Source: Mesoplasma florum L1
GTDB taxonomy: Bacteria > Bacillota_I > Bacilli_A > Mycoplasmatales > Mycoplasmataceae
Assembly (NCBI RefSeq): GCF_000008305.1
Contig: NC_006055.1
Coordinates: 330,001-362,000 of the forward strand
DNA length: 32,000 bases
Direction: 5' to 3'
The notes below the pieces were generated by a model that was given only the letters and a program-made list of their open reading frames with translations, was not told the origin of the DNA and did no database searches. The position numbers were made by a program, and so were the translations under genes. Below are positions 10,777 through 20,244 of this stretch, one piece after another; position 1 is the first letter of the stretch, and every line of letters begins with the position of its first letter.

Positions 10777-12228
10777 ATGAAAAAAATTGAAATAAATAAT
10801 TTTAGATCAATTGAAAAAGCAATAATGAATTTTGGTGAAATAAATTTTTTTATAGGAGATAATAACACTGGTAAAAGTTCTACTCTAAAATTGATTGAGG
10901 CATTAATGCAAAATAGTCATTTGAATTTTCAAAATACTTTTTTATACAGTGAACAAATTGAAAATTTAAAATACAATATTAAAGAACCATTAGAAGTATT
11001 ATATAAAGTAAACTTTGAAAGTGAAAAACAGAAAGAAAAAAATGAGATAATAGAGAATTTTGAATATTTAAAAATAGATTCGATTAATAATTTTGATTAT
11101 CCTTTAATAAAAACTTTAATAGTGCCTTTTTTTGACGAAGATTTTAACAATAATGAACAAAAAAAATTTGAATTTGTAAAATTTGATATTGATTATGAAT
11201 TTAAAGACTATAGACCTGTAATAAAACAATTAGATATAAGCATAAAATATTTATCTTTAATTGAATATAAAAATATAATAAAAAAATTAAAAATAAAAAA
11301 CTTGCTAAATTTAGATTTTGAAATAAAAAAATCAATAAATTTTGATGTAAATCAAAAAAATACTAAATCAAAAAAGGATTTTTATTTCTATTCTATTAAT
11401 TTTTTAACTAGAATATTAAATAATTCAAATAAAAGTGTTGAATTTCGAATAGATATATTATTTGACATTTATCAGCTAATAAAAAAGGAAAATTCCACAA
11501 AAATTAAAGAAGTTCATGGATTATCAAGAATTTTTGGAACAAAAAAAACTAAATATATAGACCCATTAAGACCTATTTTAAAAGATATCTATTTTAAAAA
11601 TGAAATTGATAAAGAAGAAAAACTTCAATTTGTTAGAAAATTAAATGTAAACAATAGTGATTTAAGAATAATTTCTAAATTTTTGAAAAAGTCAAAAATG
11701 CTAGAAAATTTAGATATAGCAAAAATTAAAGCTAAAGAGTTTTCAAGTGAAGCATATAAATTATCATATAAAAAATACAATAAACAAAATATACCAATTT
11801 CAATTTCTGGGACAGGAATTTCACAAATTATTCCGATACTTTTTGCAATTTTAGAAAAAAGAAATGACAAAATTTTCATAGAACAACCTGAAGTTCATTT
11901 ACATCCAAGAGCACAAGCAGAATTTGGAACTTTTATCTCAGACTACATCAATAATTATAGTCAGAAATCAACTTTTAAAAATAACAAAATTTTATTAAAA
12001 AAACAATTTTTTATTGAAACTCATTCTTTATACATGATAAATAGATTTAGAAATGAAATTAAAAATAATAAACTTTGTGATGATAATTCAAGAATTACAT
12101 TTTTTAAAAATACTTCAAAAAAAACTATTATAGAAAGTATAAAGTTTAATGAATTTGGTGAATTTGACGGTAAAATAGATAATTTTCTTAAATTTTTTGT
12201 TGATGAAAATATAAAGAATCTTAGTTAA
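10777..12228 (+). CDS. SMC/RecF/OLD-like AAA ATPase, DUF3696-like C-terminus; candidate defence gene
   Basis: 483 aa; KKIEINNFRSIEKAIMNFGEINFFIGDNNTGKSST (Walker A), ISGTGISQIIPILFAI (signature-like), KIFIEQPEVHLHPRAQAEF (Walker B), FFIETHSLYMINRFR, C-terminal NEFGEFDGKIDNFLKFF resembling DUF3696. Confidence 0.85.
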   Translation: MKKIEINNFRSIEKAIMNFGEINFFIGDNNTGKSSTLKLIEALMQNSHLNFQNTFLYSEQIENLKYNIKEPLEVLYKVNFESEKQKEKNEIIENFEYLKIDSINNFDYPLIKTLIVPFFDEDFNNNEQKKFEFVKFDIDYEFKDYRPVIKQLDISIKYLSLIEYKNIIKKLKIKNLLNLDFEIKKSINFDVNQKNTKSKKDFYFYSINFLTRILNNSNKSVEFRIDILFDIYQLIKKENSTKIKEVHGLSRIFGTKKTKYIDPLRPILKDIYFKNEIDKEEKLQFVRKLNVNNSDLRIISKFLKKSKMLENLDIAKIKAKEFSSEAYKLSYKKYNKQNIPISISGTGISQIIPILFAILEKRNDKIFIEQPEVHLHPRAQAEFGTFISDYINNYSQKSTFKNNKILLKKQFFIETHSLYMINRFRNEIKNNKLCDDNSRITFFKNTSKKTIIESIKFNEFGEFDGKIDNFLKFFVDENIKNLS

Positions 12229-12230
12229 TA

Positions 12231-12821
12231 ATGAAAGAAATAAAAAATATAATAGTCGATACTAATTTGATGATCGATATTTTAACTGTAAGAGAAAAAC
12301 CTGTTATTTCTGACTATTCTAAAAATCAACTTTTGACTTTTTTTAAAAAAGGCAAAAATTTTAAGTTAATTATAGCAGGCAAAAAAATGTTAAACGAATT
12401 AACGGGAGAAGAATATAAAGGCAAAAAACAAAATTTATTAGAGTTATTAATGTTAATATCAGCAACTTCTGAAGCTATAAAAATTGAAATAAGAAATGAC
12501 CAAGCAATTGATGAATTAATTTATAAATTTGTTCTTAGTGATAAATGAGACGGAAGAAAAGATGATCCAAATTCGGTTGCAACAAGAATGCCAGCTGATC
12601 CACACATGATATATGTTAGCTACTATTTTGATGTTAAATATATTATGACAAGGGATAAAGATTTTGCAAAAAAAGTTAATTCAAAATATTTACAATATTT
12701 TCCAGATAAATTTTTTTCTCCCGAAGTTATATGTAAATGTTATTGAGAAGATAAGGAATTTGATATTAATTTACTTATTAAATAAAATATGTTTTATATA
12801 AGAGATTATATTGACAAATAA
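12231..12821 (+). CDS. PIN-domain-like nuclease, partner of the upstream ATPase
   Basis: Starts 2 nt after the ATPase stop. IIVDTNLMIDIL (first PIN Asp), then after TGA=Trp 12546: DGRKDDPNSVATRMPADPHMIYVSYYFDVKYIMTRDKDF (ADPHMIYVSYYF...IMTRDKDF resembles the PIN DA..IA...g..ivT.D.DF motif). Stop TAA 12819-12821. Confidence 0.75.
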
Positions 12822-12912
12822 ATTGGTTAAATTAAATTTTAAAAAATTCAAATAGCTTACTTAACTTAATTATTTTTTAAATGTAAATTAATTTAAAAAG
12901 GAGAGCTTTAAA

Positions 12913-14802
12913 ATGATAATTTATAAAAATATTAAATCAGGGTTTATTAAAGATGTAGAACAAGGGCTTATAGTAGAAATATTGCAAGAAAAAGTAGATA
13001 GTCTTTTAAAGAGAAAAACAAACATCGCTGAACTAAATAGTTGAAATAATTCACTTAAAGAAATGGCAATAGTTTTGTATGATCAAAATATACCAAGCGA
13101 CTCAGGTATTGCTTTAGAATATAATATTTCTAGAACATCTAAAAGAATAGATTTTATTATAAGTGGAAAAAATAAAGATTTTAAAAAAATAATAATAGTT
13201 GAGTTGAAACAATGACAAGAATGTAAAAAAGTAGAAAATAGTAATACAGTAGTTGAGACTTTTATAGCAGGGAATATTAGAGAAACTGTTCATCCTTCAT
13301 ATCAAGCTTTTTCTTATTCAACTCTTTTAAAAGATTTTACAAAAATTATTCAAAATGATAAAAAAATCAAAATTGAAAGTTGTGCTTATTTACATAACTA
13401 TAAATTGGATAAGGCACCTGATATATTAGCTGATCAATATAAAATATTTTTTGAAAAAAGCCCAGTTTTTTTAAAAGGTGAAATTGAAAAATTTAGAAAC
13501 TTTATTAAAAAAAATATAACTTCAGGAGACAAATGTGAACTTATTCAAAAAATTGATGAAAGTCCTATATCACCAGGAAAGTCAATTCAAGATTTTTTAA
13601 AGGAAATTATCGATGGAAAAGATGTTTTTACATTGATTGATGAACAAAGAACATCATATGAAAAATGCATTCAGATAATTGATGAATATAGAAAAACAAA
13701 GGACAAAAAGGTAATAATAATCCCTGGAGGACCTGGAACAGGTAAAACTGTTATAGCTTTAAGAATTCTTTCTGCTTGTATTCAAAAAGGTTTAAATTCA
13801 ATATATGTTTCCAAAAATGAAAGTTTAAGAAATGGATATAAAAAAATAATTCTTGAAAATGACGTTGAAAAAACATATTCAAGAGCAAGAATAGACAATA
13901 TCTTCTATGGTAGTGCCAAATTTTCCAATCTAACAAAAGATAATTTTGATTGCACGGTTGTTGATGAAGCACATAGATTAATTGAGAGACATCAGTGAAC
14001 GCCTAAAGGAAAAGGATATAACAATCAAATTCAAGAAATAATTTGTGAGTCTAAAGTTTCTATATTTTTTGTTGATGAAAAACAAATAGTTACAACGCAG
14101 GATATTGGAACAATAAAAGAAATAAAAAGATGTGCTTTAAAAGAAGGCATTTTAAGTGAGAACATATTACTATTGGAACCTTTAAAGTCTCAATTTAGAT
14201 CATCTGGAGCCGATGATTATATTGATTTTGTCGATAACATTCTATATGATGAAAACAAAAACGTATTAAACTTTACAAATAATTTCAATTTTAAAGTCTT
14301 TGATAATATAGAAAAAATGTATCAAGAATTGTTAGAAAAAAATACTAAAAATAATGCAAGATTATTAGCAGGTTATTGCTGAAACTGAGTTTCTAAAAAA
14401 AATACTGAAAAAAATGATATTAAAATAAATAACTTTGAAATAAAATGAAATCTTGCAAATGATAAATATTATATGTTCAATAAAGATTCTATATCTCAAG
14501 CAGGTTGCATACATACATCACAAGGTTTGGAAAAAGAATACATTGGTGTTATTATAGGGCCCGACATGATTTATAGAAATAATAAAGTAACTGTCGATTA
14601 TTCAAAAAAAGCCAAAACTGATACTAGTCTAAAAGGAATCGGAAAATTAAGTCAAATGGAAAAACATGAGATAGCAGATAAAATTATAAAAAATACTTAT
14701 AGAGTTTTATTAACAAGAGCTACAAAAGGTTGTTTTGTTTATTGTTGTGATAAAAAACTTGGAACATATATATCAAATAAACTAAATGAATTAATTAAAT
14801 AA
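12913..14802 (+). CDS. DUF2075 family protein: N-terminal PD-(D/E)XK-like nuclease region plus SF1-type helicase (Nhi-like architecture)
   Basis: Pieces 13405, 14173 and 14473 are in frame with ATG 12913 via TGA=Trp. N-terminus IALEYNISRTSKRIDFIISG...IIIVELKQW (nuclease-like D...ExK); PGGPGTGKTVIAL (Walker A); FDCTVVDEAHRL (Walker B); LKSQFRSSGADDYIDFVD; CIHTSQGLEKEYIGVIIG; NTYRVLLTRATKG. Confidence 0.87.
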
Positions 14803-14833
14803 AGTAGTAAAATTAATAATAAGAGGTTTTTAA

Positions 14834-15490
14834 ATGTTAAAAGATAAGACTAATTTTATTAATAAATTAAAAATACAAGAGCAACTTAAAGTAGAGTTGC
14901 TTTTTCTTTATGAACGCTTTTCAAATAAAACTATTAATTTAATTAATAAGTTATCATTTGAAATACAAAATATCAAAAACAATATTAATCAATTCACGGA
15001 TACTGATTTTTCATCAAATTTATATAACGAATTTAAACTAAAAGTTTTAATGAATCAAGATATTATTGAAAACAAAATAGAATTAATTGATGAAAGCTTC
15101 AAAGAAATTGATTTAAAAAAGCTTGAACAGTTAATGAATGAAATCATTTACAAATTAAATGAAAATTACATTTTAACTATTAAAAAATGAAAACAATTTA
15201 TATTAAACAAATATGAAATTGATTTTGAATCAATTGAAATCAATTTTTCTGAAAACAAAAATAAGTTTGAAGACTTTTCACGTAAAAATATATTAGGCTC
15301 TAATTCAAACGTTGACTTCTGACCTTATGAAATACTAGGAATTAGTTTAAATGCTTCAGACATGCAAATAAAACAAGCTTATAAAGCATTAGCTAAGAAG
15401 TATCATCCAGATAATAACAAAGACCCTGAAGCAGAAGAAATGATGAAATTGATAAATAAAGCATATAATATATTAAGAGGAAAAGAATAA
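14834..15490 (+). CDS. small protein with a C-terminal J-domain
   Basis: 218 aa after TGA=Trp readthrough; C-terminus [56 protein letters not shown] with intact HPD. Confidence 0.85.
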
Positions 15491-16398
15491 TGAAAAGTAC
15501 AATAAAAAAAATATTAAAATTTAGTCTATTATTAATTATTATTTGATCAATCTGAATAGTAATTTTTCTTTTTTCGATTTTAATTGAAATTAAATTTAAT
15601 TTACAATATTTTTCTTTATTATTTAAAGAAGAAAAAGATTTTTTATTAATTTTATTAGTTTCAACTTTGTGCTTATCTTTATTTACATTATTTTTAATTG
15701 AAAGTATTAAAATTGCTTTAGTTACAAAAAGTACTATATTTTATAAAAACTTTAATAAAAAAATAAAAGCTTATTCCTTTTTTAGAAATGGAGAAAAGGA
15801 ATTAATTAATAAGTATAATAGTTGATTAAAATTAAAAAAAGTTAAATCTAATTTTGAAGAAAATAATTTATTTATTATATCATTTTTTGGTTTAGTAATT
15901 TGCTATATTTTTCCAATTTTATTAATTATTTTTACACTAATATTTGCAGATTTAAATACTTTTATTTCAAAATTGTCTATTTCATTTTTAAGTCTTAGTC
16001 AACTTATATTACCTATATTTAAACTTTGAAATAAGTTTGATTTTAGTTCTTGGAATTCTTTAAGATTAAAAATTTCAAAAGCTATAGACGATGATAAGGA
16101 AATTAGAATAATTCACAATAATAAAAAAAACTTATTAATTCTGAATATAGTTACTGTTGATGATTTCAAAAAAACAAGAAATGAAATTCAAGTTTTAGAT
16201 GAATACATTAAAATAAAAGGCAAAGAAACAGCAATTTATAAAAATAAAAAAGAATGACTTGAATTTCAAATAGATATTAATTTGAAATTTATAAAATTCA
16301 CAGATAATTATTTTGATGAAACAATTGAAACTTTTTTAACTTACATAAGAAAAAATAAAATTATATTTAAAAACTTTTTAAAATATGCAAAAATATAA
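15490..16398 (+). CDS. hypothetical membrane protein
   Basis: Frame-1 ORF with TGA=Trp, ATG 15490 overlapping the previous TAA by 1 nt (TAATG); hydrophobic segments (FSLLLIIIWSIWIVIFLFSILI, LFIISFFGLVICYIFPILLIIFTLIFA). Confidence 0.65.
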
Positions 16399-16422
16399 AA
16401 TTAAAATAAAAGGAAAAGAATA

Positions 16423-17208
16423 ATGAAAAGTAAAATAAGAAAATTAAAATTATCAATAGGTTTTTTATTAGGTTTTGAAGCATTAATCATATTAGCAATG
16501 GTTATACTATCATTTAAATGATCATGATTAATCTTTTTAACAGCTGGAGTTGGATATATATTATTTGTATTACATAATTTAGTATTTGTAATTAGAAGAA
16601 AAGTTATTATAAAGAAATTTAATAATACAATTAAAGAAAATTTAATATTTAAGTCATACATAGAAAAAAGAAATTATATTCATAACTTTTTAATATTTTA
16701 TACATCATTTTTTATATTAGTATTTGTAACTATTGCAACAATAGTATTTTTATTTGTAACTGATACAGATAATAGTATTGCACTAGATTTATTAAGTTTA
16801 ATTTCTGCTGCTTTAGTAATAGTTTCTCCATTTTTAGGAGCATTTTATAAAAAGATAACAAACATAACACAAACTGAAGGTGATATGAAAAATGATGCGC
16901 TTAGAAAAGATATCAAATATGTAATAACAGGTAATACAAGTTTAAATAAGGCAATTAATGATATAAACTTAAATACTAAAACAATTGAACTATTAAAAAA
17001 TGAAAAAGAGATTAATTCACAAAAAATAGTAAAAAGATTAAATAATCGTATTAACAATATTAATGAACAAATTTCATTATTTGAAGTGTATTTATTATTT
17101 GAGGCTTTCTTAAAAGAAATCGATGAAAAGGCTAAAATTAAAGAATTTAAAAACAATATTTTAACTAAAAAGAACTTATCTGAAATAGTAGTTATTTTAA
17201 ATAAATAA
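16423..17208 (+). CDS. hypothetical membrane protein, possibly related in layout to the 15490 gene
   Basis: AGGAAAAGAATA then ATG 16423; MKSKIRKLKLSIGFLLGFEALIILAMVIL..., several transmembrane-like segments, charged C-terminus; in frame with track ORF 16885..17208. Confidence 0.65.
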
Positions 17209-17226
17209 AAGAAGGGAAAAACTATC

Positions 17227-17946
17227 ATGAGCAATAGAGTGAATGACAAAATAAAAATGTCAGAACAAGAAATTAAGTATAGAGATTTAAAAATTCAAAA
17301 ATACGTTATTAAAGATATTTTGCAAAAAGTTGTGAAAACTGGTTTTGACAAAACAAATCTTTATTTTGTTTCTCTTGGCTCTAAAGCAAGACAAGCATAT
17401 AAATTTGTGATGTTTACTAAACAATGAGTAAGTTCTATTATTAAAGATGTTGAGTTACTACCAATAAAAGAAAAATATAAAATTAAAGCTATAAAAAAAC
17501 TAATTAAATTAGAAAACTTTGAAATAGTTAAAGAAAAAAGATTAAAAACATATGAAATAGATCAAAAATATTTAGATTTAGTAATTCAAAAATTGCTATC
17601 AAAGAATAAATTAATAGCAATTAGAAAACTTAAGAAAAAACTTTTTATTTTAACTGATAATCGTAAAAAACAATATACTAATAATTTGAATGTTTTAAAT
17701 ACTATTAATTTTAAAACAGTAGAAGATCAAAAGAAGATGTATCAAAATTTATGAGATAAAGAAGTTAAAGAATATTTAAATGAAAGAGAAATAGCTTTAA
17801 CTAGACTAAAAGACCCTAAAAGATACAATTTCTTAAATGATTATTATAAAAAAGATCCTAAGAATACATTATTAAAAGATTTTAAACCAGATAAAGAAAA
17901 ATATGATATTTTTAAATCAATCATTAAAGGTGAGATAAATGTTTAG
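17227..17946 (+). CDS. conserved-looking hypothetical protein of unknown function, Lys-rich
   Basis: In-frame ORF with TGA=Trp, RBS-like GAAGGGAAAAA upstream, overlaps the rsmE start by 8 nt. Confidence 0.6.
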
Positions 17947-18655
17947 ATATTTTGTTGAAATTAAAAAAGATAATAATTTTTTTATTATTAATAATAACGA
18001 TGTACATCATATAAAAAATGTTGTAAAACTTAAAAATGATGAAATTATTGAGTGTGTTTATGAAAAAGAAGTTTATCAAACTAAAATTATTGATTTAACT
18101 ATTGAAAATAATGTAATTGTTGAAATTATTAATAAAGTAGAAACAACAATAAGCAATGTTAAAAAAGTTTTAATAGCTGGAGTTTTAAGAGAACAAAAAT
18201 GAGATTATTTATTACAAAAATCAACAGAACTTGGAGTTGATGAAATAATACCAGTTATTTTTAAGAGAAATGTAGTTAAAATTGATGAAAAAAAGATTGA
18301 TCAAAAACTGCAAAGATGACAAGCAATTTGTGACACAGCTGCTAAACAAGCAAAAAGGACAACAATCCCTGTTGTTAATAATTTAATAACTAATCTAAAA
18401 GATTTAAAAAACAATTTATGTGATTTAAATCTTGTGGCTTGAGAAAAAGAAAAAAATATTGAACTTAAAACATATTTAACACAAGACTTTAATTCAATTA
18501 GTTTCATTATTGGGTGTGAAGGTGGAATTGAAGTTAGTGAAATTAAAATTCTGCACGAAATAGGTTTTAAGAATGTTAGTCTAGGAACTAATATATTAAG
18601 AGCTGAAACAGCACCAACTTATGTATTAAGTAGTTTAATTTATGAAAATAAATAA
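17939..18655 (+). CDS. rsmE: 16S rRNA (uracil1498-N3)-methyltransferase RsmE
   Basis: MFRYFVEI...NNDVHHIKNVVKLKNDE, KVLIAGVLREQKWDYLLQKSTELGVDEIIPVIFKRNVVK, SFIIGCEGGIEVSEIKI, LGTNILRAETAPTYVLSSL. Confidence 0.92.
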
Positions 18656-18663
18656 TCTTAGTA

Positions 18664-18692
18664 TTTAAATTAAAAGTCAATAAGTATATAAT
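18664..18692 (+). promoter_or_regulatory. putative promoter of the small RNA
   Basis: TTTAAA (18664-18669), 17-nt spacer, TATAAT (18687-18692); predicted TSS about 18699, exactly where the first hairpin begins. Confidence 0.5.
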
Positions 18693-18698
18693 TATAAC

Positions 18699-18772
18699 GT
18701 GTCTGGCACCGCCTTTCCTTAATTATCAATTATATTTTAGCCAGACACATCACCCTAACCGGTGATTTTTTT
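18699..18772 (+). ncRNA. putative ~74-nt structured small RNA, unclassified
   Basis: Perfect 9-bp stem GTGTCTGGC (18699-18707)/GCCAGACAC (18740-18748) followed by a 6-bp terminator stem ATCACC/GGTGAT (18749-18766) and a T tract; own -10/-35; locally GC-richer than the surroundings and no credible ORF. Confidence 0.55.
18749..18772 (+). terminator. Rho-independent terminator of the small RNA
   Basis: ATCACC-CTAACC-GGTGAT followed by TTTTTT. Confidence 0.65.
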
Positions 18773-18791
18773 ATGTTTAAAAGAAGGTGCG

Positions 18792-18820
18792 CTGTTTTTA
18801 AAAAATAAAACTGTTATAAT
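18792..18820 (+). promoter_or_regulatory. putative extended -10 promoter of the C5 methyltransferase gene
   Basis: TGTTATAAT (TATAAT at 18815-18820, upstream TGn) with a weak -35 (CTGTTT) 17 nt upstream. Confidence 0.4.
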
Positions 18821-18848
18821 AATTTTATGCAAATAAAAAGGGGTATTC

Positions 18849-20216
18849 ATGGAAAAAATAAAAGTTTTCGAAACGTTTTCAGGTATAGGTGCTCAACATA
18901 AAGCTTTAGATATTTTAAAACAAAATAATTATATAAATTATGAAGTTGTTGGAACGAGCGAATGAGATATATGAGCCAATATAGCGTATAATGCAATTCA
19001 TAATAAAAATATAGATCATACAAAAAATATTAGTGAGAAAGAGATTAATGACTTTTTAATTAAATTTACACATTCAAGAGATTCAAAAACTCCGCTTACA
19101 AATGAACAAGTAATCAAATTACCGATAATAATAAAACAAAATTTATATAACTCTATTAAAAATTCAAACAATTTAGGAAGTATAGTTGGCGTTACTGGCA
19201 ATATGATATCATCTCAAGTAGGTAAGATAGATTTATTAACTTATTCATTTCCATGCCAAGATTTATCTACTGCAGGAAGCTTTCATGGGAAAAATCAAGG
19301 AATGAAAAAAAATAGTGGAACAAGATCAGGTCTTTTATGAGAAATTGAAAGAATATTAAAAGAACTTAAAGCAAAAAAAGAATTACCAAAATATTTGCTT
19401 TTAGAAAATGTTAATAACATGATTTCGGAAAGACATAAAGATGATTACTTAATGTGATTAGATTTTTTAAATTCAATTGGATATAATACTCAAACTTACG
19501 TATTAGAAGCAAACAAATATGGTTGCCCACAAAATCGTAAAAGAGTTTTTGCGTTGAGCGTTAGAAAAGATGTAACTAAAGAATTTAAGGATACTTTTTT
19601 AGAAAGTAAAAGAACAAGCATTAAAGAAGAAAAAACACCATTTGATATTTCTAAAGAAATAGGCATATATAAAAAAACACATGAATTGCTGAGAGAGGAT
19701 TATTCAATAGAAAAATACAAAAATGAAGCAATAAATGCAATTCCTAATAGAACTGATAGTAGAAAAAGAATTTTTTTAAATAATAAAATGCTTTCAACAC
19801 AGGAAAATACAAATATTGAAAAACATTCTAAAAATATATATATCCAAAATGGAAAAACGTATTCAAATTTTTCTTCAACTATAACAACTAAACAAGATAG
19901 AGATCCTAATGGCGGAATCATAAACTTAAAAGGTACAGATTTGCAAAATAGATATAATGAAAAAAAACAAATTAGGAAAGCAAATTTTAGACTTTTAACG
20001 CCTAGAGAGTGTTATATGTTAATGGGTTTTTCAGAGAATGATTTTGATAAAGTTTTATCAAAAGCTGAGCAAATTAATTTTAGTGTAAGTGTAAGAAAAA
20101 AAACTTTTACTGACAGTATACTTTACAGACAAAGCGGGAACAGTATATCTGTCAATGTTTTAACTTCTATTTTTAAAGTAATTGCAGATATAGAAAATAA
20201 AACATTTAAAGGATAA
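18849..20216 (+). CDS. DNA (cytosine-5)-methyltransferase, M.SssI-like
   Basis: KVFETFSGIGAQHKALDIL (motif I), KIDLLTYSFPCQDLS (motif IV PCQ), NSGTRSGLLWEIERIL, PKYLLLENVNNM (ENV motif), YGCPQNRKRVFAL, SGNSISVNVL. Very similar to remembered M.SssI sequence in motifs I-VI. Track ORF 19554 is the in-frame C-terminus. Confidence 0.92.
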
Positions 20217-20244
20217 AAAGATATAATTTTAAAAAAGGGGTAAT

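Noticed and set aside
11625-11879. Minus-strand 84-aa ORF as possible antitoxin to the ATPase
   Set aside because: Antisense to the conserved ATPase region including the SGTGIS signature, with no independent support.
10777-12821. Assigning the ATPase-PIN pair to a named system such as PARIS, Septu or Gabija
   Set aside because: PARIS uses a DUF4435/TOPRIM partner, Septu an HNH partner and Gabija a UvrD-like helicase partner; the partner here looks PIN-like, so I leave it unnamed.
12840-12912. AT-rich gap before the DUF2075 gene as a possible regulatory RNA
   Set aside because: Only low-complexity AT sequence with weak palindromes such as TTTAAAT...ATTTAAA expected by composition; no convincing stem or terminator.
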